A DNA stretch of 64,000 nucleotides from Clostridia bacterium (lineage in GTDB: Bacteria > Bacillota > Clostridia > TANB77 > CAG-508). The number at the start of each line of letters is the position of its first letter. The stretch's first letter is position 1. The position numbers were made by a program, and so were the translations under genes. Below the pieces are notes generated by a model. The model saw only the letters and a list, made by a program, of their open reading frames with translations. It was not told the DNA's origin and did not search any database. This document shows positions 18,779 to 29,439 of this stretch, in pieces. The stretch is taken from the NCBI GenBank assembly GCA_017437145.1, contig JAFSBT010000008.1, positions 273,893 to 337,892 on the forward strand, in the 5' to 3' direction.

Positions 18779-20528
18779 TTATCGTCCATCCTCATCACTT
18801 TGAGTACTACCACTACGTTTCCTTTGTTTTTTATCCCATTCCTCATCTATCTCTTCTTGTGAAATCATTCGCCACTCTTTAACATTAAACGCTCCTCCAG
18901 GAAGTAATCTAATATCTCCTATAACTGGCAAACTTACAAAAGATAGATTCATAAATGCATCTATTCCATCATTTACTTGTGCATATTCTTTTAATTTTTC
19001 CATCTTATTAACAACTTGTTGAGGATTTTCATCTGTCATAAGATTTGCTATTGGCAATGCCAAACTTGCTTTTACTTCACCATTTTCAACATATATTTTT
19101 CCACCTTGCATTTTAGCAATTTCATTTGCTGCTTTTACTATATCTGAATCATTTGTTCCTGCAAGTATCATATAGTGTGAGTCATGTGCAACAGTTGTAC
19201 CAATAGCTCCACGTTTTAATCCCATCCCCTTTAAATAAGCAATTCCTATGTGCATTGTTCCTTTGTGTGATTCTATAACTACTATTTTAATAATATCATC
19301 CTTCAAATTATAGTTGTCCGTAATGCCTTCATCTGTTGTTATTATTTCCCTAGGAACTAAACCTATTATTTTTTTAGGTATTCCTATGCATTCTATATCT
19401 TCCGTAGTTAGTGGTCGCATATTAATTGAATTTTTAACTCTTGACTCAACCTCTTCATCTACATGATTATCTTCCCAATTTAATAATAACTCATGTGTGA
19501 TTTGGATTCCATTTTTATAAACACTGTCTATTCCTACTCCTTCTAAGTCATCTATAACAAGCAAATCACCGATGCACCCCTTCTTCAATTTTTCCTAAAT
19601 CTTCTAATTGAAAATATTGTGCTGCATTGTATGTAGCAGTAATATATGCATCTTCAGGCTGTACACCTAGTTTAATTGCTTTTCGTATTATTGCATCAAT
19701 ATGTCCATCACTTTTTAACTCCTCTGGATGTTTATCATCTGTTGCAAACATTATATTATCTCTATAATTAGGATTATTAATTAACTCTACAAGTGCTTCT
19801 AAATTTTTCGCTGCAGTTCCTTCTCTTATCATTACATAAAAAATTTGATTCAATTCTCTTGCAATATCAATTTTTTCTTTAGCTTCCTCAATTGTACTAC
19901 ACTCATGATCTGATTGTATTCCTGCTTTTATATATTTTATCAGGTCATCTCCTGTTAATCCTGGTGCATGACCATCTACTCTTTTACCTCTTTTATAGGC
20001 CTCTGCAATTTTATCTAAAACCTCTTTATCATCAAATAATACTCCTGGATAATTCATCATTTCTGCAAGTCCTAAAATTCTTTCATCATCTAATTCAAAA
20101 CATATAGCTGTATCTGAACTGTTCAATGTTGCTGCAGATTCATCAAATTCGCTTGCTGGTACACATGACGGAATCATGAAATATACTGATATAGGTAAGT
20201 TTCTAGTTTTTTGAAGCATGTATTTAATTCCATCTATTCCACAAACATTTGCTATTTCATGTGGATCAGTAATAACTGCTGTTGTTCCATGAATGCTTGC
20301 TATTTTTGCAAAATTTTCTGGTGAAATTACAGAACTTTCTAAATGTATATGTCCATCTATAAAGCCAGGAACTATATATTTTCCTGTTATATCTTTTTCT
20401 TGTTTACCATTATAGTTTTTATTAATTCCTATGATTTTTCCATCTTGTATAGCAATATCTCCTTGTATAAAAGTTCTACTTCTTACATCTAGATATTTTC
20501 CATTTTTTAAAACTAAATCCGCTTCCAT
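18779..20528 (-). pseudogene. ade: adenine deaminase, interrupted by +1 frameshift near 19569-19580 (possible sequencing error)
   Basis: N-terminal ORF 19566-20528 (320 aa, MEADLVLKNGKYLD...FIDGHIHLESS metal-binding motif) and C-terminal ORF 18779-19588 (269 aa) overlap by 23 nt in different frames; together 589 aa = full Ade length. Deleting C of in-frame CGG (plus-strand ccg 19569-19571) gives continuous ...KIEEGVHGDLLVIDDLE.... Confidence 0.8.
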
Positions 20529-20608
20529 TTATAACACCTACTTTTCATTCAACATTATAAAGATATTATACTAAATTAAAGTTTTTTAGTAAAGATTGTT
20601 TTTTATAT

Positions 20609-20638
20609 TGTAGGGGTCGGTCAAGACCGAGCCCTACA
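20609..20638. repeat. GC-rich REP-like element
   Basis: tgtaggggtcggtcaagaccgagccctaca, near-perfect palindrome with TGTAGGGG/CCCTACA ends. Confidence 0.75.
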
Positions 20639-20692
20639 TTTTTTTTAATTATATAATAAGACCAAACACATAAAAATATTTTCAAAAAACTC

Positions 20693-20721
20693 TTGCTATT
20701 CTATTTTTTTTGTGTTATTAT
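20693..20721 (+). promoter_or_regulatory. sigma-A-type promoter of tRNA-Pro
   Basis: TTGCTA - 17 nt - TATTAT ending 18 nt upstream of tRNA. Confidence 0.55.
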
Positions 20722-20739
20722 ATATAAGCATTTTGAAAT

Positions 20740-20815
20740 CGGGGTGTAGCTCAGTTGGGAGAGCGCGTGGTTTGGGACCATGAGGTCGCACGTTCGATCC
20801 GTGTCACCCCGACCA
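20740..20815 (+). tRNA. tRNA-Pro (anticodon TGG)
   Basis: Acceptor CGGGGTG/CACCCCG, U8, D-arm GCTC AGTTGGGA GAGC, anticodon stem CGTGG/CCATG loop TTTGGGA, T-arm GCACG TTCGATC CGTGT, 3' ACCA; terminator hairpin follows at 20816-20846. Confidence 0.85.
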
Positions 20816-20975
20816 AAAATAGAGACTTTTACAGTCTCTATTTTTTATGTTTAAGGCTATTTGAAGCCTTTTTTTATTTATCAAACTTTCTCAAAATTTC
20901 TCTATATTCGTGTTATTGCATTCAATTAAAGTTAAGGAAAAGTATCCACCAGTACAACTAGTGGATACTTTTCTT

Positions 20976-21473
20976 TTAAAAATGTGCTTGAACGACTGTA
21001 AATCGATGTTTTTCTGTGCTGTTTCTGGAATATGTTTTACATTTAAGAACTAATTCTAATTTGTTTTTTTTCCTTATAATTTTCAAAACTTGAGCATCGG
21101 TCTCAGCAAAGTTGGGATCATTTCCACTCATAAAGTGAATAGGCCCTTTCCATCTAGGCCTTCCGAGTCCACGAACATTATTACTATAATAGATTCCAGA
21201 AGCATATATGGTTTTCCCGCTATTTAACTTTTCTATTGCCTCATTAACAGAAAAAATCATATCAAGTTTTTGATTACTATTAGCATTAGTTCCGGGTTCA
21301 AGAAAAAGATTTAAACCTAATAGATTTTTTTCACCGATTTCTGAAAATGAAATCGTTTCTTTTCTTTTCATAGTTCCATCTGACACAGCTTTTTGAATTT
21401 CCTCGAAATAATCTTCCGGGAGAACGTCTGAAAGAATGAGTTCCCCTTGACTGTCTTCGGTTTTATACCACAC
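20976..21473 (-). CDS. hypothetical protein (in tRNA-Pro-adjacent higher-GC islet)
   Basis: 165-aa ORF, GC visibly above local background; no recognisable motif. Confidence 0.4.
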   Translation of the reverse strand: MWYKTEDSQGELILSDVLPEDYFEEIQKAVSDGTMKRKETISFSEIGEKNLLGLNLFLEPGTNANSNQKLDMIFSVNEAIEKLNSGKTIYASGIYYSNNVRGLGRPRWKGPIHFMSGNDPNFAETDAQVLKIIRKKNKLELVLKCKTYSRNSTEKHRFTVVQAHF

Positions 21474-21901
21474 AAAATTTTCCTCCTTCTAAAAATAATT
21501 ATTTTCCTATGCTGACCTTAAGCATTTCTGCTTCATAGTTGTAAAAATAAGGATATTTGCGTAAATTTTTACTTTTTTTATTTTACCACTTTTTTATGTT
21601 AATTGCAAGTCATGTAAACTTAAATTTCTTCTTCCCATTCAAAACTACTTGCATTTGTTTTTCAGAAAGGCAGGAATAGGTTACTATACTTAACCAATAA
21701 ACTGCTTAAATGCTCTGCATTTAACTGTACTGTACAAAGCTATTTCGTACTGTAAAAATACAGTACAAAATATTCAAGATATTTTTTTAATTTTAATTAA
21801 TGCTCTAAGATAATTAGATGATATCCTAGAATAGAACACCATCTAACTCTAAAGTTTAAATAAACAAAGCCGCTTTAAGGTTTCCCTTAAAGCGTCTTTG
21901 T

Positions 21902-22543
21902 TTACTCATCAAGAATCATTATTACTCCTGTGAGTTCGAGGATTCCTATTGCAGCCATTTCTCCTTCTGTAAGCTCAACCCCCATGTCCAATTTTTGGCG
22001 GATTTCCATAGCAGCCTGGACACATCCACTATAAAATAATTTTTCCGAACTCTTTCCCGTTTCTTCGAGAACAACTTCATCCATTATTGCTTTGTAAGGA
22101 TACCATTCTAAACAAGCATCCATTGCGTCTACCAACATCCTGCAGTCGCCTTTAGCAATTGGAATATATAAAAGTCCCATAGTGGGTCTCTCATCGTCCG
22201 AAAATTCACACCCTTTTTCTCCCTGCAATGCACATGGTCTACGAATAATAGAGTTATTCACTCTTCCCGCATCTACTTCGCGCGCATTAATGATAGGAAT
22301 TGGTATAAATTCATTTCCATCGGCAGCACAAAAAAATGTAATTGAATACTTCCCAGTATCCAACATTTTTCTAACACCGTCTACTGACATTTCCGGAACA
22401 TCACATGTCATGAGTCCACATCCGCCTCTTTGACAGCATTTACCCCCACATTTTTCACAAATGTTGTGATTTAGGTAAGGGTTTCGCGGGAAATCCCGCA
22501 TTTTTGAAGTAATGTAAGCCTTTTTATCATTGGGTCCCATCAT
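21902..22543 (-). CDS. cysteine-cluster protein (YkgJ/UPF0153-like CxxCxxxCC putative Fe-S or Zn binding)
   Basis: 213 aa; CEKCGGKCCQRGGCGLMTC cluster; GC about 40% versus about 26% background; strong consensus promoter TTGAAA-17-TATAAT on minus strand at 22558-22590; terminator hairpin 21868-21900. Confidence 0.4.
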   Translation of the reverse strand: MMGPNDKKAYITSKMRDFPRNPYLNHNICEKCGGKCCQRGGCGLMTCDVPEMSVDGVRKMLDTGKYSITFFCAADGNEFIPIPIINAREVDAGRVNNSIIRRPCALQGEKGCEFSDDERPTMGLLYIPIAKGDCRMLVDAMDACLEWYPYKAIMDEVVLEETGKSSEKLFYSGCVQAAMEIRQKLDMGVELTEGEMAAIGILELTGVIMILDE

Positions 22544-22702
22544 TTCACTCCTTTGATGAAAAATCTCACCGTTTATTATATCATAAATTTACATAATTTT
22601 CAAATTTAGTATACGTTTTAATTATTTTACCTTTACATTTTTCTTTACAAATATTATAATTATTATCAAATAATAAATACTATTAAAAGGAGCTATTTAT
22701 TT

Positions 22703-23371
22703 ATGAAAAAAATAATTATTACTGGTGCAAGTGATGGTCTTGGAAAAGCAATTGCACAAGAACTAAGAGATGAAGAATTAATTTTAATATCACGAGATGA
22801 AAATAAATTAAAGATACTTTCAGAAGAATTAAATTGTAAATATTATGTATGTGATTTAACTGATTATAATCAAATTACAGATATTATAAGTAAAATTGAT
22901 AATGTTGATATTTTAATTAATAATGCTGGAGTATGGTTAGCGGGAGACATAGAATCTAATAGTTTTGACCAAATTTCAAATTGTATTGATGTTAATACTA
23001 AAGCACCAATTTACATGACAAAAGCAGTTTTACCATTTATGAGACAAAATAATAAAGGATTAATTATTAATGTATGTTCACAAAGTAGTTTTGACAATGA
23101 TGATTTTAGCACAGTTTATAATGCATCTAAATGGGCAATGAGAGGATTTAACAGGTCAATACAAAGAACTTTGAGCAAAGAAAATATCAAAGTTACTGGA
23201 TTTTATCCAGGATTTATGCAAACAGATTTATTTAAAAAAGCTGGAAACGATTATGATACTTCAACAGGTTTAGAAACACAAAAGGTTGCAAAAGCAATTA
23301 GGTTTATAACAGAATGTGAAGATGATGTAATTATTCCAGAATTCGGAATAAAAGATATTGAAAATTATTAA
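22703..23371 (+). CDS. short-chain dehydrogenase/reductase (SDR) family oxidoreductase
   Basis: 222 aa; TGASDGLGKA cofactor motif, NNAG, YNASK catalytic Tyr-x3-Lys. Confidence 0.85.
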   Translation: MKKIIITGASDGLGKAIAQELRDEELILISRDENKLKILSEELNCKYYVCDLTDYNQITDIISKIDNVDILINNAGVWLAGDIESNSFDQISNCIDVNTKAPIYMTKAVLPFMRQNNKGLIINVCSQSSFDNDDFSTVYNASKWAMRGFNRSIQRTLSKENIKVTGFYPGFMQTDLFKKAGNDYDTSTGLETQKVAKAIRFITECEDDVIIPEFGIKDIENY

Positions 23372-23428
23372 AAAGCAGAAACCCTCAGACTTTCATCTGA
23401 GGGTTTATTTTAGCTAAAACCAATAGGT

Positions 23429-24742
23429 TTACATGTTAGAATACTTATCGTACAACAGTTTTAATTCTTTAATTGTGGAATCAATCTCTTCAGGTTTTAA
23501 TTCTTTTCCGTCGAACTTATTTATTTCGTTTTTCGGTATATTCTTCAACAAATACGAATCTAATCCATTCACTCGTTCTTTAATATATACCGTTCCATTA
23601 GCATAATTGTAACGTATATACCAACCATCATCATATACATAAGAATCTTCAAGATTTAATATTACACTACTTACATTTTCTTCTGATAATTCGATAACTG
23701 TAATATCATAGTTAAATGCACTTGCATCCGATGTATCATAATTATGCTTTCCATAATTACAACCGAATGCCTCTTCTAATTCAACATTGGATATTCCGGT
23801 AAATCTTTTTCCATCTTTTAAATATATAGGATATACCAGACTAATTTCATCCTCGTAGTGATTAAAATATGGCATCATAGCGTAGACAGATTCTTCATCT
23901 TCTACTAACACCTCATCCACATCAGTATCCACTTTGATGAATTTTATCCAAAAATTGCTTGGATTAGCATTGTAATACATATAATATAAATCTTTTTTAT
24001 CATCTAAAATATAGTGATAATTAAAATCTATGATTGTTCCACCAGGGAAAGATACTGTTTCACCCACTTGTTTTCCAAGTTTGTAAAACATGAAGTCATT
24101 TCCGCTTCTTACAAGAGACATTTCTTCGTTATAACAGAGTACATTGTCATACTCAACATTTGTTGCGCCGTATAAATCCATGTTACTGTTATTTAAGAAA
24201 TCATAATCCATCGATGTCTCATTTACTTCTATGCTCTTACTTATTCTTCTTTCACCAGAGCTGCCACCATATATGAATATACTATCTCCTGATTTATACA
24301 TAGAGATATTTTCCATTACACTTGTTGGTGAAAAACCAGCTCTCTCTGAGATTGTAACATTTATTCCAGTTACATATTCGGAAATTTCAATATATGTCTC
24401 ATCGCCATAATACAAGATTTTCAAATCTTTATCTGCGTCGAGCATTCTTTGAATATCTTCTTGAACCAAATCAGGAAAATTTTCTTCGTATGGCTGCTTG
24501 GTAATATCTGCTGGTGCTTCATCCAAAACTCTTAACAGCTGACTGTATGGCCGCTTAATGTAGTTATCGGTAAGTTCCGGATTTGGATTGTAATATGCAT
24601 GTATGAACCACGATATCATAATTGCAAGTATTAAAAATACTGTAACGATAAAAGTGATACATTTAATGACCCGATGCCTGTCAAAAAAATCATAAATACC
24701 GACAAAGACTTCCTTGACTCTATTGTTTTCTTTGCTTTCCAT
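23429..24742 (-). CDS. membrane-anchored hypothetical protein
   Basis: 437 aa, single N-terminal TM helix (ITFIVTVFLILAIMISWFI), large extracytoplasmic domain without recognisable motifs; minus-strand promoter TTGCAA-17-TATAAT near 24855-24890. Confidence 0.5.
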   Translation of the reverse strand: MESKENNRVKEVFVGIYDFFDRHRVIKCITFIVTVFLILAIMISWFIHAYYNPNPELTDNYIKRPYSQLLRVLDEAPADITKQPYEENFPDLVQEDIQRMLDADKDLKILYYGDETYIEISEYVTGINVTISERAGFSPTSVMENISMYKSGDSIFIYGGSSGERRISKSIEVNETSMDYDFLNNSNMDLYGATNVEYDNVLCYNEEMSLVRSGNDFMFYKLGKQVGETVSFPGGTIIDFNYHYILDDKKDLYYMYYNANPSNFWIKFIKVDTDVDEVLVEDEESVYAMMPYFNHYEDEISLVYPIYLKDGKRFTGISNVELEEAFGCNYGKHNYDTSDASAFNYDITVIELSEENVSSVILNLEDSYVYDDGWYIRYNYANGTVYIKERVNGLDSYLLKNIPKNEINKFDGKELKPEEIDSTIKELKLLYDKYSNM

Positions 24743-24974
24743 AGATGTCTACCTCTTTCTTTTTTATAGTTTTACTGTTTACTGATTGCTAAATAAGTTT
24801 CTAACTCCTTTCCGGGATACTGTACTCCCTTATTTTCTAAATTTTTAGCTGAAATATTATATCATGTTTTATTACCCTTTGCAAATCTTACGGACATATA
24901 CAAAATTTACTCCTAAATAAAAAATAGCAAATCGTAATTGACTTGCTATTCTTTGTTTAATTTTTATTTTATAA

Positions 24975-26213
24975 TTAAGCTGTTTTTTTACCTACCATTT
25001 TAATACATATGAACATCCCTATAATGTATAAAGCTAAAGTTGCAATTAGTATATAATCATATGTTCTATTTGTTAAGCTTAATATTAATTCAGACATATT
25101 ATTTCCTGTTAATCCAGCAATTCCCCAAGCAGAAAGTGCTAATCCATGAAGTGAGCTTATTTTATCCATTCCAAATCTTTCTGAAAGTAGAGCAGGCAAT
25201 GTTGAAAATCCTCCTCCATATCCTGAATTAACAACTACTAATAATACTATTGTTATAATTCCAAAAACAATTGAACTAGCTCCATTTGAAATTGCAAATG
25301 TTGCTAATGCTATTGCAGTAATTATCATACAGCTTAAGAAAATTATTTTATAAACAGTATTTCTTTCTTTCATTTTATCAGAAAGTGTTGAAAACCCTAT
25401 TCTTCCTAATGCATTAAATGCTGCTGTAACTGATGGAACAATACTTATGATTGTTCCTAAGATAGCTGTTCCCAAAAATGCAACACCTAAAATTTGTTTT
25501 TCATAAGTAATTAAAGCTAATCCACAATGTATGTTAATAAAGAACATTAACCATATTCCTAAGAATGTTTTATCTTTAAACATTTTTAGCATATTTCCAT
25601 CTTTCTTGTCATCATCCTTTTCAATCCAGCCATCTGGTTTTTTCAAAAGTAAATGCCCTACAAACATCATAATGAAATATGTTGCACCTAGAATATAAAA
25701 CATTTTTTCTATACCTAAATTACCTTGTATAAATTCCATTATTGGTGTAGCTATTGCTTTAGCAAGCCCAAATCCCATAATTGAAATTCCTGTTGCAAGA
25801 CCTTTTTGTTCAGAAAACCATAACATTAAAGTTTTTACTGGTGTTAAATATCCTATACCAAGTCCAATTCCCATTATACATCCATAACATAAAAAGATTC
25901 CTAAAAGTGCGATTATACCAGATGTAAATTGAATAAATAGTCCTGTTCCTATCATCCCTAAAGAAAAACATATACATGCTATTAAAGATGATTTATGAAT
26001 GTTTTTTTCAACCATTTTTCCTGCAAAAGCAGCAGACATTCCTAAAAAGAAAATTGCTAATGAAAATGCCCAACCTACTGCAAAAGTGCTCATCCCTATT
26101 TTATCAGCTATTGCTTCTTTAAAAGTTGACCAACAATATACTGTTCCTATTGAACAATGTAAAAGTAATGCCGGTATTGCAGCTCTTGTCCATTTGTTAT
26201 TTAAAATGCTCAT
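24975..26213 (-). CDS. MFS transporter, oxalate/formate antiporter (OFA)-like family
   Basis: 412 aa, 12 predicted TM, N-terminal MSILNNKWTRAAIPALLLHCSIGTVYCWSTF typical of OFA/YhjX subfamily. Confidence 0.75.
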   Translation of the reverse strand: MSILNNKWTRAAIPALLLHCSIGTVYCWSTFKEAIADKIGMSTFAVGWAFSLAIFFLGMSAAFAGKMVEKNIHKSSLIACICFSLGMIGTGLFIQFTSGIIALLGIFLCYGCIMGIGLGIGYLTPVKTLMLWFSEQKGLATGISIMGFGLAKAIATPIMEFIQGNLGIEKMFYILGATYFIMMFVGHLLLKKPDGWIEKDDDKKDGNMLKMFKDKTFLGIWLMFFINIHCGLALITYEKQILGVAFLGTAILGTIISIVPSVTAAFNALGRIGFSTLSDKMKERNTVYKIIFLSCMIITAIALATFAISNGASSIVFGIITIVLLVVVNSGYGGGFSTLPALLSERFGMDKISSLHGLALSAWGIAGLTGNNMSELILSLTNRTYDYILIATLALYIIGMFICIKMVGKKTA

Positions 26214-26532
26214 TTTTCTATCCCCTTTTATTTAAAATACAAGGATTATTTTACCACTAAATATAACATTATTCAAACTTTTTCAGGAAAATTTTTGAGA
26301 ATTTTTAATCTTCCGTAAGCAATATATATTCTCCCATAAATGAGATGATTTGAAATAATAAATTAGTCGGACACCAAATAAGAATAGTGGCAGCATTACT
26401 TCGATATGCTGAAAATTTTAAAATTTTCAGTATAAATTAAAAAGCTAAAATAATTAATTTTTGACAAATGAGTACTTCATTTTCAAAAATTAATATTTTA
26501 GCTTGTGTTTACAGAATTTATTTTTTAAAATA

Positions 26533-26569
26533 TTCTCTGGAGCACGGGCGATGAAACATCGCCCCTACT
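26533..26569. repeat. GC-rich REP-like element
   Basis: ttctctggagcacgggcgatgaaacatcgcccctact; shares 5' ttctctg.agcacgg with copy at 28181. Confidence 0.7.
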
Positions 26570-26610
26570 TATAGATTAAATTCATTGTATATTAAAAATA
26601 ATACATATTT

Positions 26611-28110
26611 TTATTCTTCTATTTTAACCTTTTCTAAATTTTTTTTACTAGGCTCATTTAATAAATTACCTTCATAGTCATACCTTGAACCATGACAAGG
26701 GCAATCCCAAGTTTTTTCTAAATTATTCCATGAAAGTTCACATCCTAAATGCGCACAATATGGTTTCACAGCATATACTTCATCTTCGGATTTTTTATAA
26801 ATTCCGAGCTTCATTCCTTTATAATTTACTACTCCACCTGTTCCAATTTTTAAATCTTCATATTTTATAATTGGAGGAGTTATTTTATTTAACACTAACG
26901 AATGTGCTGTTTGTTTTAACATGTTACCTATTTCTTTTATGTTTTTAATTGGCTCTACTCTTGTAGACGAGTATATATCTTCGTATACGCTATCAACACC
27001 TAAAATTTTATCACTAATTATTTTTGCAGCCACATAGGAGGTTGTCATTCCCCACTTTTTAAATCCAGTAGCAACAAATACATTTGGCATTAACTTTGAG
27101 TACTCGCCTATATATGGTACTTTATCTAAAGTTATACAATCTTGTGTGTTCCATCTATATAGTATGTTTGCTTTAGAATATAGCATTTTTATATAATTTT
27201 CTATGTTTTTGTAATTATCATCTAACTTACTATTATTATCTCCTGACTTATGTTTAGAGCCACTGACTAATAAAAGTCTTTTATCTCCATACTTAGCTGT
27301 TCTAAAAGAAGTTACAGGTTCTTCAGCAGATATATACATTCCTTGGAATAAATCTCTTTTTATGTCTGCCGCAACTACATATGATCTGTCTTGATACATT
27401 TTCATAAAATATACACCCGGAAAGTCTATTATAGGATAATGAGTAGTAATTGCAACATATTTAGATTTCACACTTCCATTTTCAGTATAAGTTTTATAGT
27501 GTTGACCTTCTTTTTTCACATCCACTACTTTAGAATTTTCATAAATACAATCAGCTGGCAATTTTTCTAAAAGTCCTTTTGCATATTTTATAGGATGAAA
27601 TTGAGCCTGGTTAGGAAATTTTATAGCACCTAGTGTTTTAAATGGTAAATCAACTTCATTACAAAATTCTGCTTGGAATCCAAGAGCTTTTACCATTTCA
27701 GTTTCTGTTACTATCTCTTGTACTTTCTCTTCTGAACAAGTATATACATATGCATCTTGTTTTTCGAAATCACAATCGATATTTTGTGACTTTATAATAT
27801 ATTCGATTGAAGAAATCGCATTTTCATGAGAATATAAATATTTTTGAGCAAATTCTTTTCCAAAGTTTTGTATTAAGTAACTATAAAACAATCCATGTTG
27901 GCTCGTAATTTTAGCTGTTGTATTAGCTGTTGTACTTGATAAAACTTTATCTTTTTCTAATAAAACAAATTTAATTCCTTGTTGATGTAAAAGGTATGCA
28001 AGAGTAACACCAACCATACCTGCACCAACAATGGATACTTCTGTTTCAATATCATTATCTAATTTTGAATAATCTTTTGTATTTGTACTTTCTAACCAAT
28101 AAGAATTCAT
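26611..28110 (-). CDS. FAD-dependent oxidoreductase with C-terminal Rieske [2Fe-2S] domain (YhfW-like)
   Basis: 499 aa; N-terminal GAGMVG FAD fold; C-terminal CAHLGC...CPCHGSRYD Rieske motif. Confidence 0.8.
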   Translation of the reverse strand: MNSYWLESTNTKDYSKLDNDIETEVSIVGAGMVGVTLAYLLHQQGIKFVLLEKDKVLSSTTANTTAKITSQHGLFYSYLIQNFGKEFAQKYLYSHENAISSIEYIIKSQNIDCDFEKQDAYVYTCSEEKVQEIVTETEMVKALGFQAEFCNEVDLPFKTLGAIKFPNQAQFHPIKYAKGLLEKLPADCIYENSKVVDVKKEGQHYKTYTENGSVKSKYVAITTHYPIIDFPGVYFMKMYQDRSYVVAADIKRDLFQGMYISAEEPVTSFRTAKYGDKRLLLVSGSKHKSGDNNSKLDDNYKNIENYIKMLYSKANILYRWNTQDCITLDKVPYIGEYSKLMPNVFVATGFKKWGMTTSYVAAKIISDKILGVDSVYEDIYSSTRVEPIKNIKEIGNMLKQTAHSLVLNKITPPIIKYEDLKIGTGGVVNYKGMKLGIYKKSEDEVYAVKPYCAHLGCELSWNNLEKTWDCPCHGSRYDYEGNLLNEPSKKNLEKVKIEE

Positions 28111-28180
28111 ATTACCTCCATTGGTATTTAGTTTAACCAGAAAGTTATAATATATTATTAATTATTGATTATATAGAAAG

Positions 28181-28217
28181 TTCTCTGTAGCACGGACGAC
28201 CAATGGTCGCCCCTACA
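28181..28217. repeat. GC-rich REP-like element
   Basis: ttctctgtagcacggacgaccaatggtcgcccctaca. Confidence 0.75.
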
Positions 28218-28303
28218 TGTTCAATAAGCTCTTAGTCTGATTTTTGTTGAAGAAATTGTTATTTTATGATAGTATATTAATATTAATTTAGAAAGGAGAA
28301 TTT

Positions 28304-29392
28304 ATGGAGATTACTAGACCAACTGTAATGGAAGTAAATTTAGATGCTTTTAATCATAATGTAGAACAAATTCAAAAATATATTGGCACTGATGTGAAAA
28401 TAATGCCTGTTATCAAGGCAAATGCCTATGGAACATATATAAATAAAAGGATTGATATTTTAGAAAAATTTGATATTGTTGCTGTTGCTTTGGTTGATGA
28501 AGCTGTAGAACTTAGAAAAAATGGTTTTACTAAAGAAATTTTTGTTTTAAATCAACCTTATAAAGATGAGATAGATAAAATTATAAAATACAATATAACA
28601 ATTGGATTGAGTTCAAATGATTTTCTTGATGAATTAGGAAAATTAAAATGCCCAGTTAAAATTCACATTGAAATTGGAACAGGTATGGGTAGAACTGGAA
28701 TCAAACCTAGTAGGGTTAATGAGTTTTTAAGTAAAATAAATACCTATTCTAATATAAAAGTTGATGGTATTTATACACACTTATCTTCCGCAGATTATGA
28801 TGATTCATATACAAAAAAACAACTATCCAGTTTTGATGAAGCTGTTAATTCTACAAAAGAAATTTTAGGAGAATTAAAATATATACACTGTTTAGCTTCA
28901 AATGGTATTTTAAATTACCCCGAGCATTCTTATAATTTAGTAAGACCAGGTATTATTTTATATGGATATGAATCATTTGATGGAACAAAAGAAAAAATTA
29001 ATTTAGTTCCTACATGTAAGTTAAAATCTAAAATAACTTATTTAAAAGAAGTTGAAAAAGGAACTTCTATAGGTTATTCCAGAGAGTATATAACAACAAA
29101 CAAAACTAAGGTAGCTACTATTCCAATCGGATATGCAGATGGCTTAAGAAGATGTCTTTCTAATATAGGCGAAGTAGTAATAAATAAGCAGAAAGCTCCT
29201 ATTATAGGCAAAGTTTGTATGGATGGATTTATGGCAGATGTAACTGATATAGAAAATGTTTCTATTGGAGATGATGTGTATATTTGGGATAATAAAATAA
29301 TAACTTTAGAAGAAGTTGCAAACAAAGCAAATACTATTAATTATGAATTTTTAAGTACAATATCTAATAGAGTACCAAGAATATTTAAATAG
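28304..29392 (+). CDS. alr: alanine racemase
   Basis: 362 aa; PLP-lysine motif PVIKANAYG; GC-rich hairpin terminator 29398-29432. Confidence 0.9.
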   Translation: MEITRPTVMEVNLDAFNHNVEQIQKYIGTDVKIMPVIKANAYGTYINKRIDILEKFDIVAVALVDEAVELRKNGFTKEIFVLNQPYKDEIDKIIKYNITIGLSSNDFLDELGKLKCPVKIHIEIGTGMGRTGIKPSRVNEFLSKINTYSNIKVDGIYTHLSSADYDDSYTKKQLSSFDEAVNSTKEILGELKYIHCLASNGILNYPEHSYNLVRPGIILYGYESFDGTKEKINLVPTCKLKSKITYLKEVEKGTSIGYSREYITTNKTKVATIPIGYADGLRRCLSNIGEVVINKQKAPIIGKVCMDGFMADVTDIENVSIGDDVYIWDNKIITLEEVANKANTINYEFLSTISNRVPRIFK

Positions 29393-29439
29393 AGCAAAAG
29401 AGCCTCCCTTGTGGGAGGCTCTTCGCCATATACAGTCCT

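Noticed and set aside
21748-21765. tactgtaaaaatacagta as a LexA/SOS box
   Set aside because: It resembles the E. coli CTGT-N8-ACAG box but with a 6-nt spacer. Firmicute LexA recognises GAAC-N4-GTTC, so a LexA assignment is not supported.
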